64,000 nt of DNA from Nitrososphaerales archaeon (lineage in GTDB: Archaea > Thermoproteota > Nitrososphaeria > Nitrososphaerales > UBA213). The notes below the pieces were generated by a model. That model ran no database searches, had not been told where the DNA came from, and worked only from the letters and a program-made list of their open reading frames with translations. Within the stretch, counting starts at the first letter, position 1. Each line of letters opens with the position of its first letter. This document shows, piece by piece, positions 1-11,089 of the stretch. Made by a program: the position numbers and the translations under genes. The stretch is taken from NCBI GenBank assembly GCA_965197925.1, contig CBDAOC010000001.1:1-64000 (forward strand), in the 5' to 3' direction.

Positions 1-305
1 AATGATGAATCCATCATAACAAGGATTGAAACCTGGTAGGTGCAAAAGTTTGAGAATCAGTAAATGTATCATAATGATGAATCCATCATAACAAGGATTG
101 AAACCAACATGGGCATCGAAATAAATTAGTATTTGATATCATAATGATGAATCCATCATAACAAGGATTGAAACCTGGTAGGTGCAAAAGTTTGAGAATC
201 AGTAAATGTATCATAATGATGAATCCATCATAACAAGGATTGAAACAGATAGCAACAGGAATAGGAATATCATAATGATGAATCCATCATAACAAGGATT
301 GAAAC
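1..305 (+). CRISPR. CRISPR array 1, 37-bp repeat ATCATAATGATGAATCCATCATAACAAGGATTGAAAC; 5 repeats visible (first cut by the window edge), 4 complete spacers
   Basis: Identical repeats at 1-32 (partial), 68-104, 138-174, 210-246, 269-305. Spacers are 35, 33, 35 and 22 bp. Internal hairpin ATGATG-AATC-CATCAT and 3' ATTGAAAC handle. Confidence 0.95.
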
Positions 306-632
306 CTACCAGATGCAATGGGATCATTCATTTTCGTCATTTCGTTAATGCAAAGGATAATCACTGATGCTAGCAGGCTTGACAGTAAGGAAAAAGCGGA
401 AGAAGCAGTTACACAATATTTGACTTTACAAACCGTTTATTGATAAATGTGTAGAAGCTTGTCACAATGCTGACAAATATGTTATTGCAGACCGGTCACC
501 AGATACCCACAAGCAGACCATATTGAAGTATCTTAATTCCTTGACAAGGGACGGAATCCAGTGTATGAAGCATACAAAAGGTCGATTGGTTAGAGGCAAA
601 ATTAAACCAATAGAGTATTTTCCTGCATAGAA

Positions 633-1130
633 TTAACCTAACTTTTGTTCCTCATTATCCTTCTGACCACTAACTTTTTGTTTCCAGTCCCGAACAGTCT
701 GCAGCTTGACTTCCTCCCATTTTTTACCTTTAGGAAGATGATACTCATTTCCATGAAGATCGTAATGCACTATTCGGATAAGTAAGGAGTTGGTGTCAGG
801 CTTTAAGTATTTTGCCAGTTCGGGGGCATCATTACTGGGAAAGTAAAACGATCCCCCTGAAGGAATTCCATAGAAAGTGTATTGCTCGTTTGGTTCAACA
901 ATCGGTTCCTCTTTCTCCTTATGACATAGATAGATAATTCCCTTCACTGCCGGTCCGATTCCGACGTTATGAACTCTTATACCTGGAATTTTCGTATGTC
1001 GACCATTGAGTTTTTTTACCATGTGCAAGATTAGTCCTATGACGTAGATCAGAAGAATATACCATGAGATGAGGCATGATAACAGTCCACGTATGTTCCT
1101 TGGAAGCCCTCTATGATAGGAACGCTGCAA
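633..1130 (-). CDS. hypothetical protein, probably of mobile-element origin; start uncertain
   Basis: 165-aa ORF with no recognisable family. Confidence 0.4.
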   Translation of the reverse strand: MQRSYHRGLPRNIRGLLSCLISWYILLIYVIGLILHMVKKLNGRHTKIPGIRVHNVGIGPAVKGIIYLCHKEKEEPIVEPNEQYTFYGIPSGGSFYFPSNDAPELAKYLKPDTNSLLIRIVHYDLHGNEYHLPKGKKWEEVKLQTVRDWKQKVSGQKDNEEQKLG

Positions 1131-1404
1131 TAGCAGCTGAGCCTGCTGCTATAATAAGAAGTACTGATGTAAATTCAATCATCCTATACTCATCCTATCA
1201 TTATTGCTAATTCTTGCCACATCCTTGCTTTTTAATTTTAGGCTAGCTTCCATATCATTACTGCTACCAGTTCCTTTATGGGAATTTTATCCCATTGGAT
1301 ACATTTGTTGCTTGCTGAAAAAAGACGGGAGTCCGTTGATCAGCTTGAATTCTGTCACTTCTACACACGAAGCCATAAATGTTATGTTATAACATAACAT
1401 TGTA

Positions 1405-1659
1405 ATGATAAGTGCGGACAAGTATGAGCGCTTGAACCAGGCGGTGAAGGTATTGGATACCTTGCAGCAAGAAAAATACACGCGCCAGTTGCTAGAGGAC
1501 CTCAACGACTTTGGAATGCATGAAGTACTGCGGTTGTGTGTCAGGAGGGGCTTTGTTAGCCGTGTCAAGAGGAAGCATAGAATCTACAATATGTTGACCG
1601 CAAGAGGCACAAGTATCCTACGCAAGCATAAGGATCTATTAGCTCAATTGAAAAGCTAG
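1405..1659 (+). CDS. small winged-helix DNA-binding protein
   Basis: 84 aa; C-terminal RRGFV...YNMLTARG pattern typical of archaeal wHTH proteins. Confidence 0.55.
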   Translation: MISADKYERLNQAVKVLDTLQQEKYTRQLLEDLNDFGMHEVLRLCVRRGFVSRVKRKHRIYNMLTARGTSILRKHKDLLAQLKS

Positions 1660-2025
1660 GGTGCAGGTTGCATGACGAAAACTTCCAGATGCCGTCAATT
1701 CCAGGATGAAGATACCCTAGGAAGATCTTCCGATGGCCGGTGATGGATGATGCCATGTTATATTGAAGCTCACCTTTTGCAATGGAGCTAAGGGCATTGG
1801 ATTCTTCATGTTATCCCAAACAAGGACTTCGTCAGTATTTGAAGATCTATGGAGTAAGGGAACGCCAATAGATCTAACAGAATGAAGTTTGAGTAGCGAC
1901 TAAATTTGTAGAGAGAAAGGAATTAAGATGGTTATCTAATCAATGTGAATTTTCCATACCAGCACAAGTTGTCTAATGACTGAGCCACATCATTTTTTAA
2001 TAACTTCCTATGTTTTTGGTAATAA

Positions 2026-3165
2026 TTGAGTACAAAAAGTAAACGTGATGAAGCGTTAGAGTTGGCAAAAACTGTCAGGGGAGAGGTGTACGAAGGGCAG
2101 AAATCACCAAGTTCACTTTTACGGCAATGTAAAACTATTTGTAAATACTTGGGCATTGTAGATCAAAATGAGTGGATAGATTTAGAATTAAATGGATATT
2201 ATGATAAAAATGAAACGGTTGGCGAACTTCTTGAAGAAATACCAAATTATAGGATAGTACAATTGACATTCTATACAGCAGAGGGTCGTCCGTGTCCTAT
2301 ACCGTATCAAATCTTACAAGAATGTGCAAAGCGACCAATAGGAGAACCTGTGTCAGAGTTGGAGGAAAGTGAAGTATTAAACTTGGTACATGATCCAATT
2401 ATCGATATCTTAAACAAGTATATTTATAATAAAATTGTCCAAAAAGATAATTTCGAATTTCAACGTGTTAGAGTAGTAAGAGGGGAAATTTCTGGCAATC
2501 TTATAAAAAGAGTGATTGAAGGAGTAAAGAATAGAATAACGGATTTTCTAGATAATATAATTTTGGATTTAGAACATGATAGTCTTAAGGAAGAGTTAGA
2601 ATCTCTACAGAAGGCCAAAACTAAACAGAAGATTCCAAACTATATCCTTATTGTTGAAGGTAAGGATGATGTCTTTGTATGGCGTGGGTTACTGTGGAAG
2701 AAAGGAATAGAACCCGGTCCAAGTAACATTAGAATAATCTCAGGTTCACAAGGTGGTGGGTTTACAGAAGCCATATCTGCTATTCAAGCAGTAAAGAAGC
2801 TCCAATTGCAATGTAAGATAAAATTAGTAGTAGATTCAGATAACAAAAAAGAGGCAAGGGAGAAAAAGCTCAGAGATGACAATATAGGTAGTTCTGAATA
2901 CTGGATTTTGCAAGAAAAAGAGATCGAATCTTATCTTTTCGATGCTCAGGCCATAGCGTCTGTCACAAGTGAAAAGAAGGATGTTGTAGAGGCTAAGATG
3001 CAGGCCTGTAAGAGAAGAGGAAAGGAACAACTTGAGGAGCTTTTCAAAATTCTAGGTTTGAGTAAGCCAGATGAACAGACCAAGCAATTTATTGCAAGAG
3101 CACTTCCAGAAATACCAGTTGAGATTGATACGATCATCAATGAAATCGAAAAGGAAGTTAGCTAA
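2026..3165 (+). CDS. AbiTii-like N-terminal domain fused to an OLD/DUF4435-type TOPRIM domain; putative anti-viral protein
   Basis: N-terminal SSLLRQCKTICKYLG...EWIDLELNGY (AbiTii pattern). C-terminal LIVEGKDD...VVDSD...EIESYL (TOPRIM Glu plus DxD). Confidence 0.7.
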   Translation: MSTKSKRDEALELAKTVRGEVYEGQKSPSSLLRQCKTICKYLGIVDQNEWIDLELNGYYDKNETVGELLEEIPNYRIVQLTFYTAEGRPCPIPYQILQECAKRPIGEPVSELEESEVLNLVHDPIIDILNKYIYNKIVQKDNFEFQRVRVVRGEISGNLIKRVIEGVKNRITDFLDNIILDLEHDSLKEELESLQKAKTKQKIPNYILIVEGKDDVFVWRGLLWKKGIEPGPSNIRIISGSQGGGFTEAISAIQAVKKLQLQCKIKLVVDSDNKKEAREKKLRDDNIGSSEYWILQEKEIESYLFDAQAIASVTSEKKDVVEAKMQACKRRGKEQLEELFKILGLSKPDEQTKQFIARALPEIPVEIDTIINEIEKEVS

Positions 3166-3403
3166 TAACAATTTGACGCTACCGTAAGCAGGAGAGGCAG
3201 ACGACTAAGCATAGCGAATTTTCCACACTAACCATAGTTACGAGAGATGGGAGCAGGATGAAATTTTGATGGAAAGATCATCATGTTTGGGTGATACAGG
3301 TGTTTTACAATTTTTGGATAAATAAGTGTTTATATTTAGACTATTTGGAATAAAAATACATATTTTAGCATAAATTTATAAAGGTTTCACCGAATAGAGG
3401 GGC

Positions 3404-3547
3404 ATGGATAATCATACTACGATCAAAATAAGGAAAGAAACGCTTGGTATGCTCAAGGAAGTTACCAATAGATCACAAAGCTACGATGACGTTTTAGCTG
3501 TTTTGATAACTTCCAGAAAAGGTGTAGAGGTGAAGGCTAATGGTTAA
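3404..3547 (+). CDS. small ribbon-helix-helix / antitoxin-like protein (47 aa, below the ORF-track cutoff)
   Basis: Hand translation MDNHTTIKIRKETLGMLKEVTNRSQSYDDVLAVLI...; TTTATAAA box about 25 bp upstream. Confidence 0.65.
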   Translation: MDNHTTIKIRKETLGMLKEVTNRSQSYDDVLAVLITSRKGVEVKANG

Positions 3548-3731
3548 TTTCATTATAGAACCACCGCAGATGGAAGCACCAAAAGCTTTAGAAAGAATAG
3601 TAAAATTCTTTGATTACTTAGGCATTCTAAGTAAAACATGGAGTCAGTTATATTTTGCAGATCTTCGCATCTCTCTCTATAATGTCATAAAGTTGGAGTA
3701 TGAAATTTTACATCATACGTTTAAAATGGAA
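3540..3731 (+). pseudogene. hypothetical gene truncated by IS insertion
   Basis: Start overlaps the end of the RHH gene; the ORF runs into the IS TIR at 3732. Confidence 0.4.
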
Positions 3732-4702
3732 GGCTCTGTAGAAACCATACCATAAATACAGTCAGTCCATGCATGTTGCAGGCTATCACTCCGAACATCA
3801 GTTCCCTGTTCTACATCTTCACCATTCTTGATGCTATACGGTCACCAGACATTTTCTTTATCACTGATAGTATGGTTTCATTCTTGTTTCTTTGGTGGTA
3901 AAGTTGGTTATAGAATCTCTTCTTCACCTGCTTCCCGTATCTTCCATATGTTCTCCATACCGGGACATCTTCATATCTGGCAGGCATGATACTGGCAGCA
4001 TCAGGTTCTTTTCGTACAAATTCATGATTTGCTTCACCATCTTCACTATCATAACCCTTGTCTGCTACAACGATGGATAGTGGCATCATGCTTGACGCTC
4101 TCTCCATGATTGGTCTGAGATCCATGGTATCGTGCTTGGGAGCCCTTCTTGTCTTCAATGAATATGCTACCTGTTCCTTCAATTCAGCACCCATCGATAG
4201 CCTGATGTACTTCTTCCTTTTTCCTGCTTTATCTGTGTAGTATGACGATGCATTGCCCGACCTGAATCCAGAAGCATCCATACCTACGAACAATTTCCTG
4301 ATCTTGGTAGGAAGCATGAATGAGGATACTATTCTGTACATCAAAGTGCCATTGATTCTTGAAGCAAACTTCTGAAGCGTTGTATAATGTGGCACCTTGT
4401 CTAACTGCATAAACATTCTGAGATAGTATGCTTCATGCAACCATTCCACAAACCTCCTGTAGCCCTTCCCCTCATACTGCCTGAATGCTGGCAGGATGAT
4501 ATGCTACCATACCGTATGGATATGATTGCTCTTCCTGTGCATGTATGGAGGAATTCTGGCCTTCATTACCACATTCAACATAGTTTTTGCAAGTTTGACG
4601 TATCTGGACTCTTTCATGCATAGCATGTATGGCACGTAACACATTGATCCAATGGTGCAATTCGATATACAATGGACTAAAATCCATGGTTTCTACAGAG
4701 CC
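3732..4702 (-). mobile_element. IS5-family (ISH1-like) element, type A; degenerate transposase
   Basis: TIR GGCTCTGTAGAAACCAT / ATGGTTTCTACAGAGCC; transposase fragment 3811-4449 with DASGF and ADKGYD motifs. Confidence 0.9.
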
Positions 4703-4834
4703 AGCTTATCCTAAAATTAACATCATAGCCTAATTGTTTATACCGAAACAGATCTAGATCTGTTCTCTCTAGCTAAATTTGTGAGAAAATCAAAGAAAAA
4801 GAGCATGCCAACCATATGACGTATACCAGACAAT

Positions 4835-6594
4835 CAACTCATCTCAAAACTAACCATTTAGACAATTTTTAGCGACCATTTAGATCCATGAATAGCGACA
4901 TCTAAAATTATTTTATGAAATTCCAAGAATTATCAGACAAACAGTGGAGTATGATGGAATCACACATACCACCACATGCAAAAACTGGCAGGCCTAGAGA
5001 TGATGATAGAAAAATCATTAACGGAATAATCCATGTTCTAACTACTGGATGCCGATGGGACGATATGCCAAAAAGATATGGTGATGATTCTACTGCAAAC
5101 AGAAGGTTAAACAAATGGCAACAAAAAGGAATCTGGAAAAAGATTCTATCACGTACTATTCACTCAGCACATAAATCTGGCAAAATTAATCTGCAAAAAA
5201 TATCAGTTGACTCTTCATCCATTCCTGATAAAAAAGGGGCAATGTAACTGGATATAATGGATTCAAGAGAATAACTAATTTATCCCAAAACTCTCCAATA
5301 CATCATGATTGATGCGATGTTAACCAACCCAAAATAATTCTCCGCTCTTCTTTCATACCTGATTGCCATTCTATGGAATCCACACTTGAGCCACGCAAAG
5401 AATCTCTCAACAACGTAACGTGTCTTGCTGTAATCGTTTTGGTTTGTTGTCTTGTTGTTCTTTGTCTTGAAATTTCTGTGTGAAATACAATCTAGAATAT
5501 TTCTGCTTTTCAAATATTCTCTAATTGCCTTAGAATCATAACCCTTGTCTGCATAAACTGATGTAATTTGTTTTATTGAATCATCATCTAGATAGTCAGA
5601 AATGTTTTCCATCACATCAATTAATCTAGTAGAGTCATGTTCATTTGCAGAACCAATAATTATTGATACTGGCAGGGAATTACAATCAACTGCAACATGT
5701 ATCTTTGTGCCTGTAATCCTCTTGAATCCATCATGTCCAATCACATTGCCTCTTTTTTGGCAGGAACAGTTGAGGAATCAACTGATATCCTCTGCAGTTG
5801 TAGATTGCCAGATTTGTATGCAGATTTTATTGCACCTGACAGAATATTTTTCCATACTTTCCTTTGCTGCCAGTTCTGTAACCTGCGATGTGCAGTTGAT
5901 TTTGAGCCATACTTTTCTGGCATCTCACGCCACCTGCATCCAGTAACTAGAACAAACATGATTCCATTTATCGTGACACGGTCATTACTCCTTGGTCTGC
6001 CTGTTCTTGCAGGTTTTGGAATGTATTTTTGCATCATCCTCCATTGCTTGTCTGTTAATTCTTGAAATTGCATGAGATGGTTCAATGACTAATTGCAAAT
6101 AGATCTAATGATCGTCATTAATTCACTAAATGATCAGTTTTGGGACAAGTTGAACAGGTACAAAAATACATGCCGCAGTAGAGAGTAACGGATTTCCAAT
6201 ATCCATACTGTTGAGTCCAGCAAATGAACATGACAGTACAAAATGCATAGATGTTACAGGATCAATTTCAGACTATCTTGATGATGATTCAATACAACAG
6301 ATAGAACCAGTTTATGCAGACAAAATGATGCAAAATACATCAGAATGTATTTGTGGTTGTGGAATAGAAATATTGCATGTTGCATCCCATACAAAATAAA
6401 TTCCAAGTTCATCTTGCAAAATAATGATTACAAACATTACAGCAAGACAAGATTTGTAGTTGAGAGATTCCTTGCATGGCTCAAGAATAGATTTCACAGA
6501 ACAAGAATCAGGTATGAAAGAACGGCAGAAAACTATCTGGCATTTGTTAATCCTGCATCATTTTTGATGTGTTGTAGGGTTTTGAGATGAGTTG
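4835..6594 (+). mobile_element. IS5-family (IS427-like, two-ORF) element, type C, nested in type B and interrupted by type D
   Basis: TIR CAACTCATCTCAAAAC / GTTTTGAGATGAGTTG; AAT target duplication; orfA 4915-5247 ends at an AAAAAAG slippery site. Confidence 0.92.
5276..6152 (-). mobile_element. IS5-family (IS427-like) element, type D, with apparently intact orfA/orfB
   Basis: AAC target duplication (5273-5275, 6153-6155); imperfect TIR; orfA 5741-6085 and orfB 5280-5744 with DKGYD and VVERFFAWL. Confidence 0.92.
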
Positions 6595-7598
6595 AATCTA
6601 TGGGTAGAGTTCAAACTAGTACTGCCGCCAGGGAAACCAGCAAGAATAGTTGGAAGGCCAGCTGTGCCATTTAGAAAAGTGTTGAATGGAATACTGTATG
6701 TATTAAGAACTGGATGTCAGTGGAAGAAGGTGCCGAAAGAATTTGGTTCTGGCTCAACTTGCCATGCAAGATTTCAGGAATGGATTGGGATAGGAGTATT
6801 CAAGAAGGTATGGAAGAGGCTGCTGGAAATATATGATGAATTGAAGAGCATGGGATGGGACTGGCAATCCATGGATAGCGTACCGAAGGCCCCATTAGGG
6901 GGAAAACGACCGGAGCAAACCCAACGGATAGAGGCAAGCTAGGTACCAAACGTCACATGCTTGTTGATAGAAGAGGAGTACCTCTCATCTGTAATTACTG
7001 GAGCAAACAAGCACGATATGAAATCAGCCTTTCCTACAATAGATAGCATTGTTGTTGATAGGCCCAAAGTTAAACAGAACATATGCATGAATAGGATATG
7101 ATTTCCCTGAGATAGAGTATGGAGTTAGGAAGGGGATATGTGGATCACATTCGTCATAAGGGTGAAGTGTTGAAAAAGAATTTATACAAAGCAAAGAGAT
7201 GGGTTGTAGAAAGAACCGCATCTTGGCATAACAGGTTCAGAAAGTTATTGGTAAGGTTCGAGAAGAGAGAGGAAAATTATCAGGCGCTAGTAGAATTTGC
7301 TAACTGCCTAATAGTGTATAGAGCGATATATTGGTAGTGTCATAAACACGTTAATGCAACTGTTTCTACTATCTACTATCTACAATACTAATAAAATCAA
7401 TAGTAAGAAAACTAAACCTGACAGTATGAACTAATATTCTTACATTCTAAATGTTATCATTTCTACCAATCATTAACTATCAGCTAGAATTTTAGGATAG
7501 GCTCTTACTCTCTAACAGTATCTTGGCAATTTGTCAGTATAAAACATTCGAAGGATAACCGCATATTTTTTATATGTACTTGCTAGAGTAACGGCAGT

Positions 7599-7689
7599 GC
7601 CGCCGTAGCTCAGCCTGGGAGAGCACTCGACCTTTTTAGGGGTGATGCTGAAGACCGAGCTGTCGTGTGTTCAAGTCACACCGGCGGCA
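7599..7689 (+). tRNA. tRNA-Phe(GAA) with a 17-nt intron at noncanonical position 30/31 (intron 7630-7646)
   Basis: Acceptor stem GCCGCCG/CGGCGGC-A, D arm GCTC/GAGC, T arm with GTTCAA. Removing the intron restores CTCGG-CTGAAGA-CCGAG. A BHB motif can be drawn. TATA-like TTTATAT upstream. Confidence 0.92.
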
Positions 7690-7758
7690 CATACTACTAA
7701 TTAAGCACCGCTTCCTATACTATACATTCAAAGTAGAGAAGAAATAGAAGATAATCCG

Positions 7759-8555
7759 ATGGAGTTATTTCTTATGGGTATAAGGGCCAAAGAGACAAGA
7801 GAACGTTACGCACAAAGGTTCAATTACTTTTGCAAGAATGTCTTGATGACTCCCCAACAAATAGCTGAATTGGGAAAGATAGATCCGATGGACTAAAACA
7901 GGTCATTATAAAATACATTAAATTCCTTCGTGGCAGGTTCGATAACGGTGAGATAAGGGCAAGCACAATAGCCGAGAACCTCAAGCCCATCAAGCTCTTC
8001 TGTGAGATGAATGATATTGCTATTACTTGGAAGAAACTTAACCGTTTAGTTCCTGAAGACCAAATTAGAAGAAAGGATAGAGCTTATAGAATAGAGGAGA
8101 TAGTCAGACTGCTTGATAGTGCTGACCTTAGGGGGAAAGCAATAATCTTATTGTTGGCAAGCTCCGGAATAAGAGTCGGGGCAATTCCTCAGTTAAGAAT
8201 TAAGGATATAGAACCTGTTCATATTGATGGTAAGTTGGTAGCTGGTAGAGTTAGGGTTTATGCCGATACCAAGGATGAATACCAGTCTTTCATAACAAAG
8301 GAATGCTACAACACAATTCAAGAATACTTGGAATATCGTATCAGACATAAGGAGAGAATAATTAATGGAAAACTGGATCCTGAAGCTCCAATGATAAGAG
8401 ACTCGATGAATACCTTCAGAATGGAATTACAAAATCCCATCGCAATAGTTGCCAGAAGCATTGAAGATCATTTAAGGAGATTGTGTTACAAGAGTGGACT
8501 AAATGTAAAGACAGGAAAGCGAGGTGAGTTTGCTTCTGCTCATGGCTTCAGGTAG
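7759..8555 (+). pseudogene. tyrosine recombinase/integrase, frameshifted and 3'-truncated
   Basis: LLASSGIRVGAI (catalytic Arg box) and AHGFR (HxxR) followed immediately by a stop, so no catalytic Tyr. Frameshift near 7893. Lies 70 bp downstream of tRNA-Phe. Confidence 0.85.
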
Positions 8556-8941
8556 AGGGTAATGATGTAATCTGTGGACTAGACGGCAATGACATAATTT
8601 GTGGTGGAAATGGAGATGATCATATTTTTGGAGGAAATGGAAATGATAGGGCAGTCGGTGGAGCTGGAAATGATGTTATGAGCTTAGGTCAGGGAAAAGA
8701 TCAGGCGTTTGGCGGTCCAGGAAATGACCGTATATTTGGTGGGGATGGTAATGATGAGCTGAACGGAAGACAGGGTGATGATGGATTGAATGGACAGGAA
8801 GGAGATGATAATTTGTTTGGCGGACCAGGTTTTGACAGACTTAACGGTGGATCTCCTACCATTGAGGATCCTGATATTTTCGTTAGAGGAGACTTTTGCC
8901 AAGATGGCGAGATACTCATAGAATGTGAATTTCACAATTAA
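8555..8941 (+). pseudogene. C-terminal fragment of an RTX/hemolysin-type Ca-binding repeat protein
   Basis: GGxGxDxLxG nonapeptides; the frame stays open upstream of 8678 (EGNDVICGLDGNDIICGGNGDDHIFGGNGND) back to the integrase junction. Confidence 0.8.
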
Positions 8942-9059
8942 GTGAAACATAAAACATTTTTTTCCTTTCTTTATTTTTCTTCCTAATTTAGACATGGTCA
9001 TCCAAAATAATTCTACATTTTACATCTAGCCTTATAAACAACTTCGACAATTATTTGCA

Positions 9060-9327
9060 AATGAAATTCCTATAGAAGGTATTCCACAAGATGTAACTGA
9101 AGCTGTAGGATCTGGATCTTATAATCAAAAATTTCAGGAGTCAAATCTTCCAAAATTGTTATTCTACGGCGAACCAGAAGCTCTTGTCCCAAAACGATTG
9201 GTGGATTGGTGTGAGACCAACCTAAAGAATCTCAAGATTGTAAATATTGGAGCTGGCGTTCATTATGTGTAGGAAGACAATCCACATCTTATTGGTTCAG
9301 AAATCTCAAAATGGTATAACATTTTAA
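9060..9327 (+). pseudogene. haloalkane dehalogenase-like alpha/beta hydrolase, C-terminal fragment
   Basis: Hand translation NEIPIEG...PKLLFYGEP...NLKIVNIGAGVHYV*EDNPHLIGSEISKWY with an in-frame stop. Confidence 0.65.
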
Positions 9328-9375
9328 CTCATAATGATCTTAACAAAAACAAATCAAAGGGGGTGAAATGAAAAT

Positions 9376-9693
9376 ATGGCATTATATGGAGCTTACGGTC
9401 GACATGAAATTGCAACATGTCCCATCAACAATCTTGAGAATGCAAAAAGTGTTATTCAATTAGTAAACACTGACTTGTCTAAAATGTTACCAAAGTACAA
9501 AATAAACAAGATAATCGGTATGTACCAATCAGGACTGGAACACACATCCCTTTGGATTTTTGATGCAGAAGATGCACATCTAGTAGATGAATTTTTACTT
9601 GATTTAGGTGCTACAAAGTACATTGAGTTCAGAATAGTTCCTCTCAAAACATTAGGAGTTGCAGAACGAGCTAAGAAAGTACACGGACTCTAG
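9376..9693 (+). CDS. hypothetical protein (possibly small ferredoxin-like fold)
   Basis: 105-aa ORF with GGGGTGA RBS-like sequence upstream. Confidence 0.6.
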   Translation: MALYGAYGRHEIATCPINNLENAKSVIQLVNTDLSKMLPKYKINKIIGMYQSGLEHTSLWIFDAEDAHLVDEFLLDLGATKYIEFRIVPLKTLGVAERAKKVHGL

Positions 9694-9731
9694 ACTAGAA
9701 AGAACACCTTAGCTGTGCCAGAAAAGTGACG

Positions 9732-10920
9732 ATGAAAGACAAAATCAAGTCAGCGAAAAAGTCTTTCGTCACACCAATCCTTTAGCTTGTAGCAGGTGCG
9801 ATGACTGTGATATCGTCTACTGCCATTTCACCGTCTCTACCTGAAATGAGTGTAGTTTTTCAGGCTGAACAAGATGCAGAGTTTCTGGTTAGGCTGGTTC
9901 TCACTCTTCCAACGTTGTCTATTGCTATTTTTGCACCGTTAGCTGGAATTATTATTGATAAATGTGGACGAAAGAAGCTATTCGTTTTTTCTATAATATT
10001 ATACGGCGTTACAGGTGCTTCTGGATTCTTTTTAGATTCTTTATTCGAAATTTTAGTTAGTCGAGCTCTTTTTGGTATTGCAGTTGGTGGAATCATGACA
10101 ACATCCATCGCATTGATTACTGACTATTTCGAGGGACCTAAACGAGATAGAATTACGGATTGCAGGGGACATTTGCCACGTTTGGAGGTGTCATGTTTCT
10201 TGTAGCAGGAGGATTATTAGCAGACCTAAGATGGGATGCGCCGTTTTTGATCTATATTTTGGCGTTTGTGGTTTTGCCATTTGTGATGTATTTCATTTAT
10301 GAACCCAAAATATCCAGAGTCAAAGAAACTCTCAAAGGAAAATTTGTTAGGGTGAAAATAACTACCTGCTTTATCCTATAGCATTTTTGAGTATGGTAAC
10401 AATTTTCCTGATACCAGTACAGATACCGTTTCACTTGAAACAATTAACTGATACAGGCAACACAGAAGTCGGCATAGCTATAGCAATATCGTACTTGTTT
10501 GCAGGAGTTACATCACTATTCTATAAGAAAATTAAATCAAATCAAAGTTTTTGGAATATTTTCATTGTGACCTTCCTGTTGATGGGCTCAGGTTTTATGA
10601 TTATTTCCTTTGCAGAAAATTATCTGCAAGTGGTTTCGGGGTTGGTAGTAAGTGGAGTAGGACTTGGCTTACTTATCCCAACCTTGAATCTCTGTCTCAT
10701 GGCAGAAACGCCTCCAATGTACAGAGGGAGAGTGTTAGGGGGATTGCTTACTTCTCTTTACTTAGGACAGTTCTTCTCAGCTGTAGTTAGCCAGTCGCTT
10801 ATTTCAGAATTGGGAAACAGTAGTACTTTCGGATTGATTGGTTTTGTACTAATAATGTTGTCCTCTGTCTTTATTGCTATGAAAGTGAAAGAGAAATCAG
10901 AAGCAAAAGAGGTATCATGA
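9732..10920 (+). pseudogene. MFS transporter split into three ORFs
   Basis: Motif A-like GIIIDKCGRKK; fragments 9801-10205, 10160-10381 and 10387-10920 separated by a frameshift and a stop. Confidence 0.85.
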
Positions 10921-11089
10921 TTCATCTAAAACCCACTTCGGATCTCGATTTAAACTTTTATCTAGTCATGTTATGCCATCAGATGAAGTATCATGATAAT
11001 GACACTGCTTCCATCAGCATGATCAAGAACTTTTTTTATCTGTCATGAAACGTAAGGATTGCACCAACAGGGTATTTAATTCAAAGTTG

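Larger units (their letters stand above)
4703..7504 (+). mobile_element. IS5-family (IS1031-like) element, type B, interrupted by nested type C and type D elements
   Basis: Left end AGCTTATCCTAAAATT, right end AATTTTAGGATAGGCTC. Segments 4703-4834 and 6595-7504 match the uninterrupted copy at 12637-13685. Confidence 0.9.

Noticed and set aside
33..268. Self-targeting of CRISPR spacers within the window
   Set aside because: I saw no protospacer match by eye; an alignment would be needed to exclude it.
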